Positions 25,152 through 34,272 of a stretch of DNA of 64,000 bases are shown piece by piece. The notes below the pieces were generated by a model, which had not been told where the DNA came from, did no database searches, and saw only the letters and a list, made by a program, of their open reading frames with translations. A program made the position numbers and the translations under genes. The stretch spans positions 62,001 to 126,000 of the IMG/VR virus record IMGVR_UViG_3300020122_000238; one strand, 5' to 3'. Every line of letters starts with the position of its first letter. The stretch's first letter is position 1.

Positions 25152-25862
25152 ATGCCCGTCCCGAATACATCGTACATCTACCGCACGGGTACGGCTCCGA
25201 ATACCAGGGCTGTTTCTTCGCAGAAGAACAAGATCTTTGGATACTCCATTGGTGCGTCTCAGGGGTTCACCCAGATCGGAGCCGTCTCGGAGTTCGGCTT
25301 TGATGAGTCGCGGACCATCGAGCCCGTACGTGGAGTCGGCTTTGGTGACATGGTCGCTGAGCTGGTTCCTTCCGTGACGGAGCCGATGACCCTCACCATC
25401 AACCGCACGCTCCTGTACATTCAGAACGTCTTTCAGGCGGTTGGGTACAAGAGCGGGATCGACGGGATGGTTCGGAGCCTACGGCACCACCGTTGGCCGT
25501 TCGACATCAAGCAAGAGATCGTCTTCAGCGAGATCGCGAACCTCGACGGCGTGAACACCCCTCAGCCGGCGGACGTGAACGTGGGCCCGGCTGTCTCGGG
25601 GATCGTCCCGGGAGCCATTCAGGCGCTCTTCACGTACTATGAGGGGTGCTGGTTCAACAGCTACAGCGCTTCGTTTACCTCGGACGCGGCTCTCGTGGCT
25701 GAGAACTCATCGGTGACGGTGACGGACATCCTCGACGGGATCAGCCAGTACGGCGAATTTATCGATACGGGTCTGGCCCCCATCTCCGAGAACGGCGCAG
25801 CCGGCAAGGGTTTCTCGCTCCGCTTCGCGGGTGGGAGCCAGGCTCCCCAGGTCACCCTCTGA
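25152..25862 (+). CDS. Tail tube protein
   Basis: IGAVSEF...ESRTIEPVRGVGFGD..AELVP..TEPMTLTINR...YEGCWFNSYS; upstream of chaperones and tape measure. Confidence 0.75.
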   Translation: MPVPNTSYIYRTGTAPNTRAVSSQKNKIFGYSIGASQGFTQIGAVSEFGFDESRTIEPVRGVGFGDMVAELVPSVTEPMTLTINRTLLYIQNVFQAVGYKSGIDGMVRSLRHHRWPFDIKQEIVFSEIANLDGVNTPQPADVNVGPAVSGIVPGAIQALFTYYEGCWFNSYSASFTSDAALVAENSSVTVTDILDGISQYGEFIDTGLAPISENGAAGKGFSLRFAGGSQAPQVTL

Positions 25863-25887
25863 TCGATTCGTAGCTCTCGGCGTCAAC

Positions 25888-25922
25888 GTGAAGGTAAGCT
25901 TCAAAGAGAGGCTTACCTTCAC
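25888..25922 (+). terminator. Hairpin after tail tube gene (terminator/stabiliser)
   Basis: GTGAAGGTAAGC 25888-25899 pairs with GCTTACCTTCAC 25911-25922, followed by CCTTATTT. Confidence 0.55.
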
Positions 25923-25945
25923 CCTTATTTAGACCGGATGGGATT

Positions 25946-26944
25946 ATGGGAAGCAGCATCTCCGCCAAGAAGCTCACTTTGGCCCTTGAAAAGGCCAAGA
26001 ACATCAGCATCGTCGAGGAGGAGGTGGCCATTGGGGGATCCCTCATCGTGGTCCGGAGCCTTCGGCCCAGTGAGTACGAGGACATCAACAAGTCTCTCGC
26101 GGGGATCACGGACGAGGTCGAGTACCTCAACACCTGGCAACGTGGTCAAGTGTCCCGGGCCATCGTCGAGGTCAACGGGGTCAGTCTGCGTGGTGTCCAA
26201 TTCATCGAGGATGAAGAGACAGATGCCAAGGGCAATGTCCAGACGGTCAAGCTGGAGCTGCACAGCTATCTCCTGAAGAACCTCATCTCGACGTGGGGGA
26301 AGGAAGCGGTATATACCGTCTGGCGCAAGGTGGGGGATGCCATCTCGCGGGCGGAGACCGAGACCAACGCCTCTGTCAGGTTCCTCATCCCCGAAGAGAC
26401 CCCCGAAGAGCGCTTCCGGCGTATTCTCGGGGATCTGAAGGAGATTGAGGACGAAGTCCCCAACGCTCTTGTCGATTCGATCCTCGCCGATGTGGGGCTC
26501 ATGCGAAAGTCGACCGCCGAAGAGATCAAGCTCGCCATGGAGCGGGAAGGCGAGCTTGCTTTCGCGGAGATCGAGCGCCAAAGGAAGCTTGCGGAGGCCA
26601 CCGAGGTTGCAGCGCGACCGGAGCCTGCTCCGCCCGTCGCCCCGGTGAGGCGAGTGCCTCTCAACCAGGTGGCGGTGGTTGTTCCTCCCCCGCCTGTGGC
26701 CCAACGGACGGAGACGGTGCCTGCATCCCGAGTCCCCACCAAGGCGGAGAAGTACGCCGCCTTGGAGGCCGATGCGGACCAGATCGGGGCTTTGGGGCAA
26801 GGTCCCCTTGGCGTCGAGATGCCTACCGAGGTCGCGATCCTGGAGGGCCGGCAACAGGGAATCAACCCGAGCAAGGCTGGAGAGATCCTGGAGCGCCCCC
26901 CAACCGTGGGGTTGAACCCGAAGTTTCGCCCCCCGCCGAGGTAG
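25946..26944 (+). CDS. Putative tail assembly chaperone
   Basis: Position between tube and tape measure; IVVRSLRPSEY...RAIVEVNG pattern. Confidence 0.6.
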   Translation: MGSSISAKKLTLALEKAKNISIVEEEVAIGGSLIVVRSLRPSEYEDINKSLAGITDEVEYLNTWQRGQVSRAIVEVNGVSLRGVQFIEDEETDAKGNVQTVKLELHSYLLKNLISTWGKEAVYTVWRKVGDAISRAETETNASVRFLIPEETPEERFRRILGDLKEIEDEVPNALVDSILADVGLMRKSTAEEIKLAMEREGELAFAEIERQRKLAEATEVAARPEPAPPVAPVRRVPLNQVAVVVPPPPVAQRTETVPASRVPTKAEKYAALEADADQIGALGQGPLGVEMPTEVAILEGRQQGINPSKAGEILERPPTVGLNPKFRPPPR

Positions 26945-26947
26945 CAC

Positions 26948-28192
26948 ATGGAGGGCCGTGACTACGGGCAAGAACAGGCACGCCTCCAGAAGCAACAAGA
27001 AGGGGTCCGCGACGACATCCCTATTCCCAAGGACCCCGAAGTCAATCCGGAGGTTTACAGGGATGTCGAGCCGTTGATCTTCCGCGGGTTCCTGACCGTC
27101 AGTGCGGAGATCAACGAGACCCACATCGTCTTCAAAAGTCTGAACCATCATGAGTTCGGGCTCGTGAGGATGATGGGCAATATCCGTGAAGGGGTATCCC
27201 CGCCTCAGAAGTTCTGGGACCTCTTCTTGGCGTACGGCGTCTTCATGGTCGACGGGCAGAACGTCTTGCCTGAAAGGGAGCGCTGGATCTCCGATATCGC
27301 CAAGCTGTTCGGTGCTCTGCCTCTCAAGACCAAGAACAATATCATCCGCCACCTCTCCGAGCTGAATCGGCGAAGTGCGAACGCGGTGATCCTCACCGAA
27401 GCCTACGCCTCCGAGAACTACTCCAGGTTCCGGTGGGCGCAGCTTCGCTCTATCGACCCCACGTTCCCCGCTTCAACTGGAGTGCCGGGGACCGAACGCA
27501 TTGGGTTGAACTGGGCCCAGCTCTTGTGGCGAGCCCTCAACTACTACGAGGACCTGCATACGCAAATCGAGCGTGACTGGGAGAACGCCAAGTTCATCGG
27601 CTCCTGTTCAGCCGGCAAGGGGATCCAGAAAGTCTATGCTCAGGATGAGCGGAGACGGAAGACCGAGCGGGAGACATCTGCGGCTAGGAAGGATCGCTTG
27701 CTCAAGCACGTCATCCTTGGGGAGGCCTTGGACGAGAAAGGGTCTGGAGCCAAGGGCGTGATGAATGTGGCTCGCAGTGTCGAGGAGCTGGCGACGCAGC
27801 TCAAGAACGACCTCGGGGGCGAGAAGGACTGGCACGATCAGGTGGTGGCAGCCTTCGAGGAACGTACACGCGCAGAGGCGAAGAAGCGGAAGGACGACAT
27901 CGAGGCTCTTGTGGCCACGAACGAGGCCGAGTTCAGCGGCCGTGGTGTTCAGGGGAGCACGGACTTTGCAGGCCTCTCCCCTGAGGATGTTCGTCAGCGG
28001 ATTCTACGGAATCACCAGATCGAAGCTCAGAGTGCTGCATCGAGGATCCTTCATCCGGAATTGTATGATGAGAAGTATGTCGCCCACGCTCAGAAGTGGG
28101 GCATGCCTGGGGAGGAGACGTCCGATCAGGATCCGTCAACTGCTCTACCTCTACCGAAGATGCGTGACGGCAAGCCGTTCAGGAGTGGCTGA
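26948..28192 (+). CDS. Putative tail assembly chaperone-like protein 2
   Basis: Immediately upstream of tape measure; IVFKSLNHHEF...GVFMVDG echoes the preceding protein. Confidence 0.5.
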   Translation: MEGRDYGQEQARLQKQQEGVRDDIPIPKDPEVNPEVYRDVEPLIFRGFLTVSAEINETHIVFKSLNHHEFGLVRMMGNIREGVSPPQKFWDLFLAYGVFMVDGQNVLPERERWISDIAKLFGALPLKTKNNIIRHLSELNRRSANAVILTEAYASENYSRFRWAQLRSIDPTFPASTGVPGTERIGLNWAQLLWRALNYYEDLHTQIERDWENAKFIGSCSAGKGIQKVYAQDERRRKTERETSAARKDRLLKHVILGEALDEKGSGAKGVMNVARSVEELATQLKNDLGGEKDWHDQVVAAFEERTRAEAKKRKDDIEALVATNEAEFSGRGVQGSTDFAGLSPEDVRQRILRNHQIEAQSAASRILHPELYDEKYVAHAQKWGMPGEETSDQDPSTALPLPKMRDGKPFRSG

Positions 28193-31100
28193 TGGCAACG
28201 AGCTTGGAAGTTCTTGGGCTTCGAGTAGACCTCGATACCAAAGACGCAAAACGCGACATGGACCGCCTGGAGAAGGCGATCTCGGCGCGAACTACCGACC
28301 TCGACAAGGGCGCGAAGAAGCTCAATAAGGGCATCGAGAAATTCGCACACCAGTACGTCACTGTTCGACGTACTGCCATCCCGATGCTCAAGGACGTCAC
28401 GAAATCCTACAACAAGCTGGAGCGTTCGATCGCGGACATCAACCACGAGCTTGAGCGGAGCCGAGGGAAGTTGGCCGCATCCTCGGGGGAAAGCCGCAAG
28501 AACGTCGAGAAGGAAATCAAGGACTGGGAGAAGCTGCGCGATGCTCGGGAGAAGGCTCTCGACACCATGACCCGGGTCAAAGAGGACCTGGAGACGCGAA
28601 TCGTTTTTGACAAGGATGAATTCGTCGATGCGATGAAGGAAGCTGGTCAAGAGCTGTACGAGCCCATCGACAAGCTCATCTCGAAGGACCTGCCCGGGGC
28701 TTTCGAGTCTGGCGGGAAGCTCTTGGGGAAGGGTGTCGAGGGCGTCTTCAAGGGCGGGTCCTGGCTTGCCAAGGTGGGTGGCAAGTTCGGCGAGCGTGCA
28801 GGCGCATCCATGATGTCCAAGGGCAAGATGTCCATGGCTCGTGGCGGCATCATGGGCAAGCTCGGGGGTGCGGCCCAAGTGGCGGGCGGCGGGGCCATGC
28901 AAGGGGTCGGAAAGCTGGCCAGCGGCCTCGCTCCACTCCTCGATATCATCTCGAAGATCGGCCCCATGATTGGGATGGTGAGCGGCCTTATGGTCGGGCT
29001 CGTCAAGCTTTTCATTGACGCTGAAGCAGCGGCGAAAGACTTCAACAAAGAAATCCTAGCCACGTCGGGATCGGCCTCGTTCCTTCACTCGAACTTTGAC
29101 AACGTCAATGCTGGAGCGGAGGATCTTGGGGACACCCTCAAGAAGATTCGCGACCAGGCGTCGAGTCTCGACAACATGTCGTGGGGTATCAACAAGGATA
29201 CCCACAAGGCTGTTCTCAGTTCTCTCACAGCCGAGGGTGTTTCTTTACGTCGCCTCAACGATGACTTCGAGGCGACGTCGAAGTCATCGAAAGAAGCAGC
29301 CGGATACGCGAAGAGCTTTGGCTCGACGGTCCAGATGGCTGTGGCCTACTCGCGGAACCTCGGCGTGAGCCTCTCTGACATTGGCAATCTCCAAGCAGAG
29401 ATGATGACGGACATGGGGATGGGGCTCAAGAGCGTCGAGTTGAACTTCACGCAGATGAGCCGAGCAGCGGAGGACGGGGGGATCGCGAGCAACAAGTTCT
29501 TCGGAATCATCCGAGGTGTCTCCGCGGATCTGGCTCTCTACAACACTCGGATGGAAGACGCTGTCAAGATCCTTGGCCTCTTGGGCAAGGTGATGAGCCC
29601 AAGGAACGCCCAGAAGTTCATGCAGACGGCGACGCAGGCCCTCAAGGGGATGGGTCGTGTCGAGCGTCTCAAGACGAACCTCCTCGGTGGCGGCAAGATG
29701 GGCGGCATGGTCGAGAAGGACCTTGACCGCAAGTCCAAGGACGTCAGTGGGAAGATCGCGGAAGCCGGCGGAAAGGCCGGGTATTCCCGCGAGGACCTCA
29801 TGACGAAGCCCATAAAGGAACTCATGCAGGGGGTCTCCAAGGAAGCACAAGGGACTCTCCATGAGGCCATCTCCGAGATGCGTATGGACGCCAAAGCCAA
29901 CAAGAAGGGGGTTTTCGGATCCTCCGTGGCGGGACGCAACCTTGGGCCTGGCGCAGCCCTTCAGTCGATGAAGTCTGCGCTCAACATTGGAGGCTCGGGG
30001 AAGCTCCGGGACCGGCGTGGGGACCTCGGAACCGAGATGCTCGCTGATGCAAACGGGATCAGCGAGGACCAGCTCGCCCAGATGGCCAAGTTCGAAGAGG
30101 CCATCGATGAGCAGCGGGATGAGCTGAAGGCGGACCTCAAGGCTGGCGGGGACAAGCAGGCCGCTGCCATGAAGCGCCTCGACAAGGCTGGGGTGGCAGC
30201 GTCCGATATCGACACGGCGGGCTATGACGACATCTTGGCGACTCTGGACCAGTCGGAGCAGGACGCCCTCAAGGACGGTGCGAAGCAGATCGATTACGCC
30301 AAGGAAACCGGCAAATTCCAGAGCAGCTTGATTGACAAGATGGGAAACATTGCTGAGTTTCTCATGAATCAGATTTACACGGTTTTGACTGGGATTTGGG
30401 ATGTCTTGGTAGACTCCGTCTTTGGAAGCGATGCCAAGAGGAAGGAACGCGACCTCGCGAAAAACGTCAAGGATTCAAAGGACAGTGATATGTCCAATGC
30501 TCTTGGCGCCGCTGGCGGAGACGCCTACAAATTCCGTGGTTCGCTGATGCAGTCCGAGGGGATGAAGAAGCTCCTCTCTGCAATGAGTGGCGGAACTCAG
30601 GCAGGGCAAGCAGCCAAGACCACACTGATCAATGCCGCGAGTCAGGAAGAGCTTGCAGCCGCTCTGAAGGATGCTGGCATCAGCATGGACAAGATGGGGG
30701 ATGCGTATCAGGACGCCCTCTATGGTGGTGCTGAGAAGCGGTCTGCTCTTCTTGAGAGAACAAAGGGAATGTCCGGGGGAGGCCGTGACCTGGAGTACAA
30801 GAAGGCACGGGAGGCTGCGGGCACCACAGGGTGGCGTTCAGGGGCGGACAACGATCTTGGCGATCCTGAAATGAAAGCAGCTCTTGGCCAACTCTCTCAG
30901 GAGGATCTGACCAATGTCTTGGGCAAGCTCGGGTGGGAGCTTGATCCTGCCAAGCTCGCCAAGTTGTTTCCCGAGTTGAAAACGCAGGCTGGGGTTGGGT
31001 TGTCCGATAAGGGCTCATCTTCGTCCGCAGAAACCACCGCGGAAACGCCTTCTTCCGCGGTCATTGGGCCTCCTGTTGTTCCGGGAGCCCCGGGTGTTGT

Positions 31101-31680
31101 GGGGGGTGCTGCTCCTGTGGCTCCTCCGCTGCCGAAAGATGCACCTACGGCCAGCCAGCAAGACCAGGTGATCAAGGGTCTCGACGGTACTCAGGACACG
31201 CTGCGTAAGCAGGGCATCGTCATCGACAAGTCCTTCTTGAAGAACAAGATGGGACAGCAGATGGAGGATTCGACACTTGAAGCGCTTCGTCAGGGGCTCT
31301 ACGAGTATTACCTCTACAAGGACCTGAAGCAGGAATCTGTGAGCAAGGCTGTCCAGGGGGGCATCTCCGGACGGGGGCTTGGAGCTGCTCTCGCCGACAA
31401 GCTCGGGCAGGGCATCACGGCAGACACGGCCATCACCCAGCTTTCGGCTAACGCCACGGGAGGCGTTGTCTCGGCCGTGGCCAACGGTATGGCACAACTT
31501 CGCCCTGCTCCTGGGGAAGGCCTGGCGTCGATCGGCGTTGGGGAGAAGATCGTCCCCGCGGGCAGCGGGACGGGGACGCAGAAGATCGTCCTGGAGCTGC
31601 GCGGCGATCTGAAGCGATTTGTTCGAGCAGAGGCCTCGAACACCTTCTATGAGAACGAAGGCGCGAAGAAGAACCGCTGA
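28192..31680 (+). CDS. Tape measure protein
   Basis: 1162 aa, helical and Ala/Gly/Lys-rich; C-terminal NATGGVV...GEG...GEKIVP motif; synteny. Confidence 0.8.
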   Translation: MATSLEVLGLRVDLDTKDAKRDMDRLEKAISARTTDLDKGAKKLNKGIEKFAHQYVTVRRTAIPMLKDVTKSYNKLERSIADINHELERSRGKLAASSGESRKNVEKEIKDWEKLRDAREKALDTMTRVKEDLETRIVFDKDEFVDAMKEAGQELYEPIDKLISKDLPGAFESGGKLLGKGVEGVFKGGSWLAKVGGKFGERAGASMMSKGKMSMARGGIMGKLGGAAQVAGGGAMQGVGKLASGLAPLLDIISKIGPMIGMVSGLMVGLVKLFIDAEAAAKDFNKEILATSGSASFLHSNFDNVNAGAEDLGDTLKKIRDQASSLDNMSWGINKDTHKAVLSSLTAEGVSLRRLNDDFEATSKSSKEAAGYAKSFGSTVQMAVAYSRNLGVSLSDIGNLQAEMMTDMGMGLKSVELNFTQMSRAAEDGGIASNKFFGIIRGVSADLALYNTRMEDAVKILGLLGKVMSPRNAQKFMQTATQALKGMGRVERLKTNLLGGGKMGGMVEKDLDRKSKDVSGKIAEAGGKAGYSREDLMTKPIKELMQGVSKEAQGTLHEAISEMRMDAKANKKGVFGSSVAGRNLGPGAALQSMKSALNIGGSGKLRDRRGDLGTEMLADANGISEDQLAQMAKFEEAIDEQRDELKADLKAGGDKQAAAMKRLDKAGVAASDIDTAGYDDILATLDQSEQDALKDGAKQIDYAKETGKFQSSLIDKMGNIAEFLMNQIYTVLTGIWDVLVDSVFGSDAKRKERDLAKNVKDSKDSDMSNALGAAGGDAYKFRGSLMQSEGMKKLLSAMSGGTQAGQAAKTTLINAASQEELAAALKDAGISMDKMGDAYQDALYGGAEKRSALLERTKGMSGGGRDLEYKKAREAAGTTGWRSGADNDLGDPEMKAALGQLSQEDLTNVLGKLGWELDPAKLAKLFPELKTQAGVGLSDKGSSSSAETTAETPSSAVIGPPVVPGAPGVVGGAAPVAPPLPKDAPTASQQDQVIKGLDGTQDTLRKQGIVIDKSFLKNKMGQQMEDSTLEALRQGLYEYYLYKDLKQESVSKAVQGGISGRGLGAALADKLGQGITADTAITQLSANATGGVVSAVANGMAQLRPAPGEGLASIGVGEKIVPAGSGTGTQKIVLELRGDLKRFVRAEASNTFYENEGAKKNR

Positions 31681-31923
31681 TCAGGAATCTTCACGATCAA
31701 CAACCGGGAAGTCAGGCACACTTTCGACAAGGAACGTCCTCTGGGGCCCCGCGTAATAATCCCTTCTGTTTCGAAGAGGCCACGTAGGGGGTACCCGGCG
31801 CTGGATCCCCAACGAAGGCAGCGTGAAGGCTGCTATTGCACGCGAGATTGTATCTTGTGGAGTCTCTTTGGGCCGAGGAGGGAAGACCCACAAGGCCCAG
31901 TAGGATTCCAGGTCATCATCCAT
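31681..31923 (-). CDS. Small hypothetical protein inserted antisense in the tail operon
   Basis: ATG 31923 lies 10 nt after minus-strand TGGTGTA (31934-31940). Confidence 0.55.
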   Translation of the reverse strand: MDDDLESYWALWVFPPRPKETPQDTISRAIAAFTLPSLGIQRRVPPTWPLRNRRDYYAGPQRTFLVESVPDFPVVDREDS

Positions 31924-31951
31924 GGGGCACCTATACACCAACTAGGGGTAG

Positions 31952-32599
31952 ATGCCTCGGATCCCGTCCGCCAACATCACCGACCTCCCGCTCCTCGATG
32001 CTCCGAGCGAGAACGTTGGCTACAGCCATCCAGCGGAGAAGCGCAAGGGGTCGATCCCCATGGCCTTCCAGGTGACGAGCCCGTTCAACCGTCACCTGGC
32101 GCTGCTCCCCCATGCGCTGGTCCTCCACGTCAACCCCGCGAACATGGCCTTCACCCACAACAAGAAGGTCGAGAAGATCCAAACGCGAGGGGGGTACGTC
32201 GAGCAACACTGGGGGGATGAGCTGGAGGAAATCTCCTGTGATGGCTCGACGGGGGCCTTCATGAATCTCTACACGGGGCTCTCCAGCGTCGTCCGGCAAC
32301 AGACCATTGCCTGGGATCGCTACCGGGACCTCTACGACCTCTACCACAACAACGGGTCGGTCTATGACCCGGCGGGCAACATCGTCCTCCAGGGCAACAT
32401 CATGCTCCTCTTTGATCGAGGGGTCTACATCGGCAGCTTTCGATCTTTCGATGTGGAAGAGACCGATGCCGCTCCGTTCTCCTTCGCCTTGAACTGGACC
32501 TTCAAAGTGGAAGAGACCTTGCTCCAGATTCCCACGGGGCAAGTACCTCGAATGGGAGGATCCTTCTTCCAGAGTCAAAACTCTGCTCGGGGGCAATGA
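31952..32599 (+). CDS. Baseplate/tail-tube initiator-like protein
   Basis: LHVNP...KIQTRGGYVEQHWGDEL...YIGSFRSFDVEE...PFSFALNWTF; follows tape measure. Confidence 0.65.
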   Translation: MPRIPSANITDLPLLDAPSENVGYSHPAEKRKGSIPMAFQVTSPFNRHLALLPHALVLHVNPANMAFTHNKKVEKIQTRGGYVEQHWGDELEEISCDGSTGAFMNLYTGLSSVVRQQTIAWDRYRDLYDLYHNNGSVYDPAGNIVLQGNIMLLFDRGVYIGSFRSFDVEETDAAPFSFALNWTFKVEETLLQIPTGQVPRMGGSFFQSQNSARGQ

Positions 32600-34263
32600 C
32601 CATGGCAAACGAGAACAGCATTGCGAAGCAGATTGAGCAGTCGGCGGACTATCACCCGCCGAACATCTACAACCTGCTTTCCTGGTTCTCCTCGCTCAGC
32701 ACCACATCAGACTACCTGTCCGCGGAGTACATTCCTCTCTCGCAGATCCCTTTTGCTGCGAAGAACCTGAAGCCCTTCATCATCGGAGTCCTACCCCCTT
32801 CGGCGAACGTGACGGGTAGGAACCTAGATCGATCCTCCTCTCTTTCTTCGATTCTAGGGACGCCCGCGGGGTCTCCAAGTACAACAGGGGGCTCCAATGC
32901 GGGCTTCAACCAGGATGCCAGAGCTAGGGCCCTGGAGCGAGCACAGGGGTACGTGGGACTCAACACGAGTGCTACAAATAGTGAACGCTATCTGAATCTC
33001 CTCGCAGATCCCGCCATTGACCCTCATTCAACGGCGGTTGCTCTTTCGGAACAAGCTTCTTGTGCTCCGACGGTGCGAGGATGGCTACGAGAATTGGGTC
33101 TCACAGAGCCTGAGTTGACGAACCCTTACAAGTGGAGCATGGCTCCAGCCGACGTTCTGGCAATCGCTGGTCGGAAGGGCGCTCGTATAGACATGAATGG
33201 GAAGTTCTCCACAATGCCAAAACCTGGAGATATTTTCTACGTTACGGGTAAAAGTCAACACATGGCCATCATCGAGAACATCATCTCGGGGGATGTCGCA
33301 TCAGGGAAGTTCACGGCTCAAGATATCAGTGGGGGACAAACTGTGGGTGGTTTGCCTGGTATCGATCGAGCAACTCGGACGTGGATTCGACAGGAAGACG
33401 GATCTTGGACTGTCCAGCGTAGTGGGGGCAAGGACATTGTAGGGGGTGAGGGCCTACATCTGTTCGCCCTCGTCAACCTGGACAAAATGCTTTCGGGAGT
33501 GGAAGTCGATGCTTCAGCTCGTCCTGTCAATTCTGACTTTGTAGTGAATTGGCAAGGGCCTGGTAGTGCATCGGCACAGGTGGCGTCCAAGGAGACCTCG
33601 AAGACTGCGAACACGTCTCTCGATACGTCGGGCTTGGGGCAGAAGTTCCAAGACGTGCAGAGAGCCGCTGCCAAAGCAGTCAAGCTGGCCATCGACCAGA
33701 TGGCCAACACACCTCCCCTACGGATGTTGGTCAACCCAGCATCCTTCAAGGTCTCTTCTGAAAAGGTTGTCTCAGACGGGAACTGGGGTAGGAACGGGCC
33801 CATCATCGAGCACTGGGGGGAGCAGCAAGACAAGGTCGAGGGCTCCGGGAAGCTCGCGGGGTTCTACGCAATCGATGCGAACGGGGGATCCCTTGGGAGC
33901 GTGAGCAACAGTCCCGGGCTCACTCGCATGGCTCGGAACTTCTCTCTCTCCTACCAGAACTTCCTATCCCTCTGGCTCTTGTACCGCAACAATGGGGGGG
34001 TGTGGCTTCCGGATGCTACGTCTACCCAGACGCAGAAGACCACCAATCTTGCCCTTGTGGGGTCGATCTACGTCTTCTACGACAACATCATCTACATCGG
34101 GTCGTTCGATTCCTTCAACGTCACCGAGTCCGATCTGAGCCCCTTCACGCTGGAGTACAGCTTCTCGTTCAGCGTGAGAGCCACCTACCTCCTCGATCAA
34201 ACAGACCCCCACTTCACGTACGGGGCCCCGAAGTCATTTCCCTTGGGGACGCCTTCGGTGTAG
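32596..34263 (+). CDS. Tube-initiator-like protein with inserted CHAP/NlpC-P60-like peptidoglycan hydrolase domain
   Basis: C-terminus paralogous to 31952..32599 (LVNP...EHWGEQ...YIGSFDSF); middle ASCAPTV...PKPGDIFYV...QHMAIIE. Confidence 0.65.
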   Translation: MTMANENSIAKQIEQSADYHPPNIYNLLSWFSSLSTTSDYLSAEYIPLSQIPFAAKNLKPFIIGVLPPSANVTGRNLDRSSSLSSILGTPAGSPSTTGGSNAGFNQDARARALERAQGYVGLNTSATNSERYLNLLADPAIDPHSTAVALSEQASCAPTVRGWLRELGLTEPELTNPYKWSMAPADVLAIAGRKGARIDMNGKFSTMPKPGDIFYVTGKSQHMAIIENIISGDVASGKFTAQDISGGQTVGGLPGIDRATRTWIRQEDGSWTVQRSGGKDIVGGEGLHLFALVNLDKMLSGVEVDASARPVNSDFVVNWQGPGSASAQVASKETSKTANTSLDTSGLGQKFQDVQRAAAKAVKLAIDQMANTPPLRMLVNPASFKVSSEKVVSDGNWGRNGPIIEHWGEQQDKVEGSGKLAGFYAIDANGGSLGSVSNSPGLTRMARNFSLSYQNFLSLWLLYRNNGGVWLPDATSTQTQKTTNLALVGSIYVFYDNIIYIGSFDSFNVTESDLSPFTLEYSFSFSVRATYLLDQTDPHFTYGAPKSFPLGTPSV

Positions 34264-34272
34264 GAAGAAGAA

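Noticed and set aside
26930-26960. Programmed -1 frameshift between tail chaperones
   Set aside because: The two ORFs are in the same frame, no clear slippery heptamer was found, and the second has its own GAGGT SD.
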